DNA of 24,598 nucleotides from Candidatus Micrarchaeota archaeon (GTDB taxonomy: Archaea > Micrarchaeota > Micrarchaeia > Anstonellales > Anstonellaceae), in assembly GCA_023248455.1 (NCBI GenBank), contig JAHFEN010000001.1, positions 1 through 24,598 of the forward strand, read 5' to 3'. The notes beneath the pieces were generated by a model. The model ran no database searches, was not told where the DNA came from, and saw nothing but the letters and a program-made list of their open reading frames with translations. Below are positions 7,439 to 16,123 of the stretch, piece after piece. Both the position numbers and the translations under genes were made by a program. Each line of letters starts with the position of its first letter. Position 1 is the stretch's first letter.

Positions 7439-8708
7439 TCAATTTTCCAGGGTCTTATTGAACCATTTCGGTATTTTTGAATAGGCCGCTGCTGCTTCGC
7501 TTTGCTTTTTCCGGTAATATATCGTTCCCGCATCTCCAATTTTTTTTGCATAGTTCTTTATTCGCAAGTAAAATGTTAATCCACCCTGCATACTCGTTTT
7601 CATCCCTGCACGCTATCAGACCCGGGCATTCGCCATGCGGGTCCATTCCTTCTTTAATAAAATGAGAGACCAGGGCCGGAATCCCAGCTTCCATTGCATC
7701 GAGCGTCTTGCTTGAGCTTCCAGCTCCGCTTTTTATAGATAGAAAATAGATCTCCGATGAGGCGACCATCTCACGGTAGTTTTTGACATTTTCCAGAATT
7801 TCAATACTAATGGCAGAATCTTCTTTCTGATACGATCTGATTTTTTTCCGCAAGGTTTCACCCGGGTTTATGCCCATTATCAGCACATTTGTATTAATCT
7901 TTATTTTGGGAAATACCTTTTCAATTGCATAATCTAGGTAGTCCCTATTCGGCTTGTAATCCCAGGGTCCTGATATTATTATTCCATACCTTTTCTTTGC
8001 CTTAATTTCTGCGGCGGGCTTCCTTAGAAATGGCAGCACCTAGAATTCACCCTCCTTTAAACCTAGCCATCTGCCGTCCCTGCTGTTTATGAAAGCCAAT
8101 GTTTCGAATTTCCTTGCCATCTCCAATTCGAATCTCCTAGATATGAAACCATCGAGTTTCATCAAATAGCGTATGATCGGGTTATCTTCAACTTTTGACA
8201 AATTGCCATAAAGAAATGATATCGAGTCGCACAAATCCAAAATTTTATTCGGCTTCTTAATGTTCCTGAAATAGAGCCCGCCTAGGACTCCAAAGGCAAA
8301 TATGTGTTTTATATTCCCGGTTTCTATTATTTTGTATAGTTCTCTCTCCGCCCTTTGTGAATAATACGGTGAAAAAAACAGTGGGCTGCCGTATCTCAAG
8401 GCATTCCAGGCCATTCTTGTAAAAAATGGAATTTCCGGCAGTATTGACAAATTCCGAATTATATTGATTATATCGCTTGTGGATTGCATCCTGTCAAAAC
8501 CACAGTCAATCCGGTGTTCTTGTTTTATCGCGTTCCCCAGGTCTATCAATTCCTTTTTTCCCTTTTTTTCAAAAACATAGATGAACACTACATCATAGAT
8601 ACTGCTCAGGAATTTGATCTCGCCGCTTATGAGATTTCCATATCCTCCAATATACGGGTAATCATGCGCAAAAAATGCAACTTTAACCCTCTTATTTGCC
8701 TTTGTCAC
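7439..8708 (-). pseudogene. GT-B fold (GT4-like) glycosyltransferase disrupted by an in-frame TAG (8040-8042) and an apparent +1 frameshift in an A8 run (7540-7547)
   Basis: ORFs 8040..8708 and 7455..8039 share a frame and are separated only by TAG (...EGEF*VLPF...). N-terminal KVAFFAHDYPYIGG; C-terminal GSSSKTLDAMEAGIP (GT4 E-x7-E-like region). Removing one A gives ELCKKIGDAGTIYY...TLEN* ending at 7439. GC is low. Confidence 0.75.
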
Positions 8709-10683
8709 GGTTCTTTTCCCCCTTTATAGATGTTTTCTTGCCCCGGGGTTTCCCCTTTCCAATTGTTCTTTGCACATCCAGCAGCTGGTCGCGGAGCTCG
8801 ATCGCCCTCTCAAAGTCAAGGTCCTCCGCTGCCTTCTGCATCTCCATCTCAAGGTTGATTGAAAGGGCCCGCAGGTCCGCCATCCCCAACTTCTTTTCAT
8901 CCTCCTTGAGCTCAAGCTGCGAGGCGCCAACATTCTTCTGTATTGTTTTGGGCGTGATACCGTGCTTTCTGTTGAAGTCTTCCTGCACCATCCTCCTACG
9001 ATCAGTTTCGCGCATAGCTGCGTCAATCGCCTCTGTTCTCTTGTCGCAGTAAAGTATCACAGTGCCGTTGACGTTGCGGGCCGCACGCCCAATAGTCTGG
9101 ACAAGGGAGGTCTCATTCCTCAAAAAGCCCTCCTTGTCCGCATCCAATATTGCCACAAGCGACACTTCAGGTATGTCCAATCCCTCTCGCAAAAGGTTGA
9201 TCCCCACCAGGCAGTCGAATTCCCCCAGCCGAAGCCTCCTGATTATTTCAGTTCTTTCCAATGTCTCGATTTCCGAATGCAGGTAGCGCACCTTGATCCC
9301 CTTCTGGGTCATGTAGTCCGTCAAATCCTCGGACATCCTCTTGGTGAGCGTGGTGACAAGCGTCCTCTCGCCATTCTGAGCCCGAAGCTGCACCTCCCTC
9401 ATCAAATCATCGATCTGCCCCTTGGACGGGCGGATGGAGATCTGCGGGTCCAAAAGTCCGGTTGGGCGGACAAGCTGCTCCACCACCTGGAAAGAGTGCT
9501 CACGCTCGTATACCGATGGCGTGGCAGAAACAAATACCACATTTTTCAGGTAATTCTCGAATTCCTCATATTTGAGGGGCCGGTTGTCGTATGCGCAGGG
9601 CAGCCGAAAGCCGTAGTCAATCAGGTTTTTCTTGCGAGTGTGGTCGCCGTGGTACATCCCATGCAGCTGGGGTACGGTCACGTGCGATTCGTCAATCACG
9701 ATGAGCGCGTCATCGGGCAGGAAATCCATGAGCGAATAGGGCGGCTGGCCCGGAGAACGGCCGTCAAAGTGCCGCGAATAATTCTCAATGCCCTTGCAAT
9801 AGCCAAGCTCTTCTATGAGCTCCAAATCGTAATTCGTCCTTGTCTTGAGCCTGTGCGCCTCAAGGTCTGAAAGCTCGGGCAACCTCTGCCCCAGTTCGGT
9901 CCGGATGTCGCGAAGCGCCCGCTCGCGCGTTCCCATCGGAACGATGTAGTGCTTGGCAGGGAAAATCCGCACCTCCTCCAGCTCTTCCAGGGTTTTTGCT
10001 GAAACCGGCTCAAGCACCTGTATTTTCTCCACCACGTCCCCATTCAATATTACGCGTATTATTTCCTGCTGGTAGCCAGGAACCACGTCGATGGTGTCGC
10101 CCTTCGCCCGGAAAACCCCTGGCTTGAGCTCAAACTCGTTCCGTTCATACTGTATTGAAATAAGCGAGGCAAGAAGGGATGATCGCACCACGGTTGCGCC
10201 CTTCCGAACATCCAGCGACATATCCAGCCATTCTTTTGGCGAGCCAAGCCCGTAAATGCATGAAACCGTGGAAACAATGACAGCAGGGCCAGGTGACAGC
10301 AGGTACGCAGTGGACTGAAGCCGCAGCCTCTCGATTTTCTCGTTTATCTGCGCATCCTTCTCTATGTACGTGTCGGTCTGCGGTATGTAGCTTTCGGGCT
10401 GGTAGTAGTCATAATAAGAGACAAAGTAGCCAACTTTGTTTTTCGGGAAGAACAGCTTGAATTCCGAGTAAAGCTGCGCTGCAAGTGTCTTGTTGTGCGA
10501 AATCACCAGGCAGGTCTTCCCTGTTTTCGCTATGAGATTGGCAACCGTGTAAGTTTTGCCAGAGCCGGTGACTCCAAGCAGCGTCTGCATTCCCTTTGCT
10601 CTAACTCCTGAAACCAGCTTTTCAATCGCCTCAGGCTGGTCGCCTGCCGGCTCGAAGGGCGCCTCTAGCTTGTAATTGAGCAT
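8692..10683 (-). CDS. uvrB: Excinuclease ABC subunit B
   Basis: PAGDQPEAI, LGVTGSGKT, YFVSYYDYYQPE, DESH, GINLLREGLD, and C-terminal UVR motif FERAIELRD. Confidence 0.98.
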   Translation of the reverse strand: MLNYKLEAPFEPAGDQPEAIEKLVSGVRAKGMQTLLGVTGSGKTYTVANLIAKTGKTCLVISHNKTLAAQLYSEFKLFFPKNKVGYFVSYYDYYQPESYIPQTDTYIEKDAQINEKIERLRLQSTAYLLSPGPAVIVSTVSCIYGLGSPKEWLDMSLDVRKGATVVRSSLLASLISIQYERNEFELKPGVFRAKGDTIDVVPGYQQEIIRVILNGDVVEKIQVLEPVSAKTLEELEEVRIFPAKHYIVPMGTRERALRDIRTELGQRLPELSDLEAHRLKTRTNYDLELIEELGYCKGIENYSRHFDGRSPGQPPYSLMDFLPDDALIVIDESHVTVPQLHGMYHGDHTRKKNLIDYGFRLPCAYDNRPLKYEEFENYLKNVVFVSATPSVYEREHSFQVVEQLVRPTGLLDPQISIRPSKGQIDDLMREVQLRAQNGERTLVTTLTKRMSEDLTDYMTQKGIKVRYLHSEIETLERTEIIRRLRLGEFDCLVGINLLREGLDIPEVSLVAILDADKEGFLRNETSLVQTIGRAARNVNGTVILYCDKRTEAIDAAMRETDRRRMVQEDFNRKHGITPKTIQKNVGASQLELKEDEKKLGMADLRALSINLEMEMQKAAEDLDFERAIELRDQLLDVQRTIGKGKPRGKKTSIKGEKNRDKGK

Positions 10684-10756
10684 CGCTTGTTTTCAGCCTG
10701 CCCCTGTTTTTTAATCTTATAGTCTGAAATTTGGCTACAGATGGGGAGATGTTGCC

Positions 10757-11812
10757 ATGAGATTGCTTACACCCGGCCCGGTCGAGCTTGCAGACCCTAT
10801 CCGCCTGTCGCAGAGCCAGGAGATGATTTACCACAGGGGGCCTGAAATCAAGGTGCTTATAGGCAATATCGTCCCACGCCTCAAGAAGGATTTCAACGCT
10901 GACCATGTTTTCCTGGTGAGCGGCTCGGGCACAGCCGGCATAGAGATGGGGTTTGCCAACCTTACCACGCCCATTGACAAGGCGCTAGTGCTTGCCAACG
11001 GCATATTCGGGGACAAGCTGGGCTCGTGCGCCAAGGTGTTCTGCAATGCGCAGGTGGAAAAGCTGCCCCTTGGCAAGGGCTGGTCGCTTGAGCTCGCAAA
11101 GGAGCTCATTGACAAATCGGGGGCAACAGTTTTCGCAATGGTCTACAACGAGACCTCAACAGGCGTGCTGAATGACGCTAAGGCAGTCTGCAAATACGCA
11201 AAGAGCAAGGGGATGGTGACCATTCTCGATGCAGTGTCAGCATGGGCGGCAGCGCCCCTTGATATAAATGAGTTCGGAGTGGACTTTGCTGCGACAGGCT
11301 CTCAAAAAGCAATGGGCGCTGCCCCTGGCATGGGAATAGTGGCGCTTACAGACGCAGCAATGAAGCGGGCAGAGTCGATCACTGCCAGAAGCTTCTATCT
11401 TGACATGAAAAAGTACAGGAAGGACATGGAAAACAGCCAGACTCCTTTCACGCCTGCGGTTTCAGTGCTCTTTTCAATGAAGGCAGCGCTGGACTACATT
11501 GACGCCCGGGGCGGATTCGACGTCCACCGCAAAAAACACCAAGCAGCGGCAGAAAAGTCGCGGACGTTCGTGGAGAGCATGGGCTACAAGGTTTTCGCAG
11601 AGCCTGGGTTCTATTCGCCCACAATCACAGGTTTCATCCTCGAAAATGCGGATGACATAAGAAAGCAGCTGCGCGAAAAATACCAGCTCGTCACTGCACG
11701 GGACTTTGGAGAACTGCAGGGAAAATTCTTCAGGGTTTGCCACATCGGGAACTTTGACGACGCGCACCTTGATTACGCGTTCGATGCAATCAGGAAAGTT
11801 TTGGGCAAATAA
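10757..11812 (+). CDS. Class V PLP aminotransferase (serine-pyruvate / archaeal phosphoserine aminotransferase type)
   Basis: LLTPGPV, SGSGTAG, NETSTGV, DAVS, PLP-lysine motif GSQKA, PFTP and FRVCHIG; upstream of serA. Confidence 0.9.
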   Translation: MRLLTPGPVELADPIRLSQSQEMIYHRGPEIKVLIGNIVPRLKKDFNADHVFLVSGSGTAGIEMGFANLTTPIDKALVLANGIFGDKLGSCAKVFCNAQVEKLPLGKGWSLELAKELIDKSGATVFAMVYNETSTGVLNDAKAVCKYAKSKGMVTILDAVSAWAAAPLDINEFGVDFAATGSQKAMGAAPGMGIVALTDAAMKRAESITARSFYLDMKKYRKDMENSQTPFTPAVSVLFSMKAALDYIDARGGFDVHRKKHQAAAEKSRTFVESMGYKVFAEPGFYSPTITGFILENADDIRKQLREKYQLVTARDFGELQGKFFRVCHIGNFDDAHLDYAFDAIRKVLGK

Positions 11813-11825
11813 TCTTTGGGATTTT

Positions 11826-12704
11826 ATGAAAATCGTCATTGCAGACAACATGGAAATGGATGTGGTTGCCGAAATACGGAAGCTCGGGCACGTGGTATTG
11901 GCGCCAAACGACATTTTGGCTGAAATAAAGGACGCCGAAATACTTGTTGTCCGAAGCTCCACACAGGTGGCCGGAAAGCTTCTTTCCCATGCGCACAAGC
12001 TCAGGATAGTCGCCCGTGCAGGGGTTGGCCTGGACAATGTGGACAAGGCAGCCTGCGAAAAGAGGGGCATAAAGGTGCTAAATACGCCCGGGGCTTCCTC
12101 AAACGCGGTTGCCGAACTTGCCATAGGGTTGATGTTCGCTGTTAGCAGGAAAATCGCCAAAGCTGATGCCAGCATGAAAAACAAGACCTGGATAAAAAAG
12201 GAGCTCGTAGGCACCGAGCTTGAAGGGAAAACGCTCGGAATAGTGGGGCTTGGGCGGATCGGCTCGCTTTTGGCGATCAAGGCAAATGCCCTGGGCATGA
12301 ATATAATCTATTACGACCCTCACACATCAGTTTCCACACTTGGCACGCCTGTCAACCTGGAGAGCATCATGGCAATGTCAGATTACATCAGCCTTCATGT
12401 CCCTTTAGCGCCAGAAACGCGCGAGCTCATCAACCCATCCGCAATCGCAAAGATGAAGAAAACCGCGGTGCTGATAAACACCGCCCGCGGGGGTCTGGTG
12501 GATGAAGAGGCGCTTTATTCTGCCATAAAGGAAGGCAAAATAGCGGGGGCTGCACTGGATGTCTATCCCGAGGAGCCCTACATGGGCAAACTTTGCGAGC
12601 TTGACACCATAGTTCTCACCCCTCACATCGCTGGAAACACCAAAGAGGCGCAGATGCGCATCGGCAAAGAGCTAGTCGAATCCCTGAAAAAAGAGTTGAA
12701 GTGA
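11826..12704 (+). CDS. serA: D-3-phosphoglycerate dehydrogenase / D-2-hydroxyacid dehydrogenase, short form without ACT domain
   Basis: RAGVGLDNVD, GIVGLGRIG, SLHVPL, INTARGG and TPHIAG. The real start is MKIVIAD at 11826; the ORF-track extension overlaps the upstream gene. Confidence 0.85.
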   Translation: MKIVIADNMEMDVVAEIRKLGHVVLAPNDILAEIKDAEILVVRSSTQVAGKLLSHAHKLRIVARAGVGLDNVDKAACEKRGIKVLNTPGASSNAVAELAIGLMFAVSRKIAKADASMKNKTWIKKELVGTELEGKTLGIVGLGRIGSLLAIKANALGMNIIYYDPHTSVSTLGTPVNLESIMAMSDYISLHVPLAPETRELINPSAIAKMKKTAVLINTARGGLVDEEALYSAIKEGKIAGAALDVYPEEPYMGKLCELDTIVLTPHIAGNTKEAQMRIGKELVESLKKELK

Positions 12705-12763
12705 ATATCCGCACAAAAGCCAGCTTCGGAATAAAAGCTGGCGCACCCGGAGTTGAAGTGAAT
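12693..12763. repeat. 14-bp direct repeat (GAGTTGAAGTGAAT) flanking a 43-bp segment containing an 8-bp stem hairpin
   Basis: Copies at 12693-12706 and 12750-12763; stem GCCAGCTT (12719-12726) / AAGCTGGC (12735-12742). Confidence 0.85.
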
Positions 12764-14021
12764 GCTGTCTCTAAAATTGATCAGGGATGATCCGTCCATA
12801 CTCGAAAGAAGCCTCAGGCAAAGGGGGCAGGAGGCCGAGCCTGTGAAAAAGCTTGTGGAGCTTGACAAGAAATGGCGGCACCTCAAAGGCGAGGCTGACA
12901 AGCTGAAAGGAGAAAAGAATGCGATTTCGCTCACAATTTCCGAAGCAAAGAAAAAAGGCGGGAATATCGAGCCGATTGTGAAAAAGACCAAGGAGCTATC
13001 CGAGGGTATCGCGACGCTTGACGCAAAGGCAGAGAAGCTTGAGGTGCAAATGGCCGAAATCCTGCTAACGGTCGCAAACATCCCTGACAATTCCGTCCCA
13101 TTGGGAAAAAGCGAGGCGGACAACCCGGAAGTGCGAAAGTGGGGTGAGCCCCGGAAGGACAGCAAGTCCGCAAAGCCTCACTACGAGGTTGCTGAGAAAA
13201 GCCTGATTGACTTTGAGCGCGGGGCAAAAGTTGCTGGCCACCGCTTTGTTGTGCTGAAGGGGCTTGCCGCGCGCCTGGAGCGCTCTCTTGTCAATTTCAT
13301 GCTGGATCTGCAGGTCATGAACGGCTACGCTGAAGTCCTGCCCCCTTTCCTTGTGAATTCGAAAACAATGACTGGAACAGGCCAGCTTCCAAAATTCGCT
13401 GAAGAGCTCTACAGGTGCAGGGACGATGACCTTTGGCTGGTTCCAACTGCCGAGGTGCCTGTTACCAACCTCTTTTCCGGGGAAATACTCGAGGAATCCG
13501 CCCTGCCCATGAAATTCTGCGCCTATACGCCCTGTTTCCGGAGGGAGGCAGGCTCCTACCAGAAGGACATAAAGGGAATCATGCGCCAGCACCAGTTTGA
13601 CAAGGTGGAGCTTGTGAAATTCACTCTTCCCGAGCAGTCTTCTGCGGAACTGGAAACCCTGACCAGGAATGCGGAGTCTGTTCTCCAAAAGCTTGAGCTT
13701 CCCTACCGCGTCATCGAGCTTTGCACTGCAGACCTAGGATTCGCTTCAGCAAAAACGTATGACATAGAGGTGTGGCTGCCCTCCCAGGACAAGTACCGTG
13801 AAATATCATCATGCTCAAACTGCACTGATTTCCAGGCCCGCCGCGCCAACATACGGTTCCGCCGCGCAGGCAAAATGGAATTCGTGCACACGCTCAACGG
13901 CAGCGGAATCGCGGTTGGAAGGACAATGATTGCCATAATGGAAAACTACCAGGACGGGAACGGCTTCACCGTGCCAAAAGCGCTCCGCGACTACATGCGA
14001 TGCGACAGGGTGGATTTCTAA
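12762..14021 (+). CDS. serS: Seryl-tRNA synthetase (bacterial-type, class II)
   Basis: N-terminal coiled coil, LVPTAEVP, FRREAG, RQHQFDKVEL, EISSCSNCTDFQARR and HTLNGSG. Confidence 0.98.
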   Translation: MLSLKLIRDDPSILERSLRQRGQEAEPVKKLVELDKKWRHLKGEADKLKGEKNAISLTISEAKKKGGNIEPIVKKTKELSEGIATLDAKAEKLEVQMAEILLTVANIPDNSVPLGKSEADNPEVRKWGEPRKDSKSAKPHYEVAEKSLIDFERGAKVAGHRFVVLKGLAARLERSLVNFMLDLQVMNGYAEVLPPFLVNSKTMTGTGQLPKFAEELYRCRDDDLWLVPTAEVPVTNLFSGEILEESALPMKFCAYTPCFRREAGSYQKDIKGIMRQHQFDKVELVKFTLPEQSSAELETLTRNAESVLQKLELPYRVIELCTADLGFASAKTYDIEVWLPSQDKYREISSCSNCTDFQARRANIRFRRAGKMEFVHTLNGSGIAVGRTMIAIMENYQDGNGFTVPKALRDYMRCDRVDF

Positions 14022-14049
14022 GCTGGCTGGCTCGCAGGTGAAAGAACAA

Positions 14050-14841
14050 ATGGGCGATTATGATACTGAAAGCACTGGATTGCCCTTGACTACCCTGCTT
14101 GCGATCGGTTCGTTGCTTTTTCTGTATATATTCGTCCTCCAGCCGCTTCTTGCCTGGGCGGACGAAAACCCTTTGCTGTTCATGGCAATGTTCGGCATAA
14201 CCGTGATCCTCCTCTGCTTTTTTGTCATTTCATATCTGGCGATTAAACTTCGTGAGGGAGCGGGAAGGCCGGGCGGACCCGATGTCGGCGGAGTAATGTA
14301 CAAGCCCTCCGAACCATCCGGAATAACTGGGCTTTTTTCGGCATTGAAACCGCCTCTTGTGTCTGGTAGCGCCAGAAAGCACCGCGGATTCCACACTTAC
14401 TATCCAACAGGCATTGAAAAAAAAGTGAATGAATCAGAAAAGGAAGCCAGCAATGAAAAAGCCAGCTTTAGCCTTCCGGATGAAGTTGCCGAAACAATAA
14501 GGAAATTTAAGCCACCCGAAAATTATGGTGGCGCATCTGGCTACGGGCTTGCTCTTATGGAAAAGCTCAAGAAGGCCTTCCCGCCCCTGGCCATTGAAAT
14601 GCATCTTGACAATTCGCATCCCATGCTAAACGTAGAGGAAATTGCCATTGAGCTTCTAACGCATTACGAGGCTCTTCATCCTGATGCCCTGCTTGAAAAA
14701 TGCCAAAAATATTCCCCCAAATACCGGTTTCTAATCGCAATTATCCTTGAGCCGCGTTTCGGAGAGGATAAATATGAAAAAACGCTTTCAGGGCTGGAAA
14801 AAGAGTTCGATAGCTTGGCGATTGTGCTCAAATACACGTAG
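14050..14841 (+). CDS. Membrane-anchored hypothetical protein (2 N-terminal TM helices, C-terminal alpha/beta domain)
   Basis: Two hydrophobic helices, a Gly/Pro linker and a globular C-terminus; AGGTGA RBS before ATG 14050. Confidence 0.75.
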   Translation: MGDYDTESTGLPLTTLLAIGSLLFLYIFVLQPLLAWADENPLLFMAMFGITVILLCFFVISYLAIKLREGAGRPGGPDVGGVMYKPSEPSGITGLFSALKPPLVSGSARKHRGFHTYYPTGIEKKVNESEKEASNEKASFSLPDEVAETIRKFKPPENYGGASGYGLALMEKLKKAFPPLAIEMHLDNSHPMLNVEEIAIELLTHYEALHPDALLEKCQKYSPKYRFLIAIILEPRFGEDKYEKTLSGLEKEFDSLAIVLKYT

Positions 14842-14846
14842 GCATC

Positions 14847-15974
14847 TTATCCGCCTTTCTCAATATTTTCCCTGATCTTCTGCAGAAACGAGCCATCCAG
14901 CAGGTTTTCGAATATTTTTTCAGGGTCGCCGAGCGAATAGCTTGTGCCCTCCAGCTTCTTTCTAAGGATCTGCATTGCCAGCTCCTTTGAGCTCCTCTTC
15001 TGCTCCCTTGAGAGCTTTATCTGGGCAATGCGCTCCCGCAGATTTTCGGAATTCATGGAATTGTCAACGAAAACGCCTTTGCCCATATCTTGCATGCGGA
15101 GGTCTGCAGAATGGAAACCAGGGGCAAGAGTGCCTTTAATGATTATCTTCACGAGCGCGGATGGCGATTCCGAAAGGATGACATTTGCCTCATTTTCCAC
15201 TGCCACCCTTATTTCGTCCGGCTTGGCCAGGTGGAATTCCATCACCCTTCGGTGAAGCTCGCGCGATTTTACAGGCCGGAACTGCGGCATTCTTGTCCGT
15301 GTGTCATACAAAAGCCAGCCCCGCTGCCCAGCCTCGTCCTCGCGGAGCTGCGTTACCACCGTGCTTCCGGGATTGAGCACCTTGCCTGTCAGGTTCTTTT
15401 TGTGCACGTGCCCGCACAAGTACAGGTCAAAGCCTTCGGGCAAATCGTCGAATGTGATGAGCTGCTCGTTGCGCATGGCGTCAAATTCCTGGAATGACTG
15501 GTGCACTACAAATATGTTGAATGCTCCGGGAACAGGTTTGCACAAAATTTGCTTCAGCCCCTCTCGCGCCAAATCCTCGGGTACGCTTCCCATCCCTGAT
15601 ACCGCCACCCTTTCCCCGTTCAGCTCGTAGAGCAGAGTCCGGTTGTGGAAATTCCGCAAGAAACCGCCCTGCGCAAGCAGTTCGGTCGGATGGACGTATC
15701 CCCTTGCTCTCCTGTCGTGGTTGCCGTGAATTGCGAATATTGGCGTGCCGGAAATCTTCCGCGAATGGAAAATGTCAAGCGCCTCGCGGAGCATCTGCGT
15801 TACCTGGGCAAGCGTTTCCATCCTTGGAAGGGGGGTGTCAAAGTTGTCCCCGCCCAAAATGAGCAGGTCTGCCTCGCTTGCTGCGGCAAGAATCGCCTCA
15901 CGGCCCTGGGAAAGCGCGTCAGGCTCAAATCGCCTGTAGCCAAAATGGGTGTCAGTGACAAAGGCGACCTTCAT
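14847..15974 (-). CDS. mre11: Mre11/SbcD DNA repair nuclease
   Basis: Calcineurin-like motifs DTHFG, GGDNFD, GNHD, VHQ and GHVH, plus NPGS. Start at MKVAFVTD (15974). Confidence 0.9.
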   Translation of the reverse strand: MKVAFVTDTHFGYRRFEPDALSQGREAILAAASEADLLILGGDNFDTPLPRMETLAQVTQMLREALDIFHSRKISGTPIFAIHGNHDRRARGYVHPTELLAQGGFLRNFHNRTLLYELNGERVAVSGMGSVPEDLAREGLKQILCKPVPGAFNIFVVHQSFQEFDAMRNEQLITFDDLPEGFDLYLCGHVHKKNLTGKVLNPGSTVVTQLREDEAGQRGWLLYDTRTRMPQFRPVKSRELHRRVMEFHLAKPDEIRVAVENEANVILSESPSALVKIIIKGTLAPGFHSADLRMQDMGKGVFVDNSMNSENLRERIAQIKLSREQKRSSKELAMQILRKKLEGTSYSLGDPEKIFENLLDGSFLQKIRENIEKGG

Positions 15975-16027
15975 GGAGCGAAATTTATTGTGCAAGGTTT
16001 AAATATAGTTAAAGAGGATACAAAACC

Positions 16028-16102
16028 ATGGTCGACAAGCTGGTGTTCACTGGCCTTGTAATCGTGGTAATCATTGCCGTGGTCTACTTTCTCTCACGTT
16101 AA
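16028..16102 (+). CDS. 24-aa single-TM microprotein MVDKLVFTGLVIVVIIAVVYFLSR
   Basis: ATG start and TAA stop, AGAGG upstream, TTTAAATA box near 15997-16004, fully hydrophobic core. It fills the gap between mre11 and tfb. Confidence 0.65.
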   Translation: MVDKLVFTGLVIVVIIAVVYFLSR

Positions 16103-16123
16103 TCCCGCTCCTGCCTACTTATA

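Noticed and set aside
11706-11825. N-terminal extensions in the ORF track for serA (also the ABC ATPase, uvrA, mre11 and tfb)
   Set aside because: They overlap upstream genes or promoters, while the downstream ATGs have RBSs and match family N-termini.
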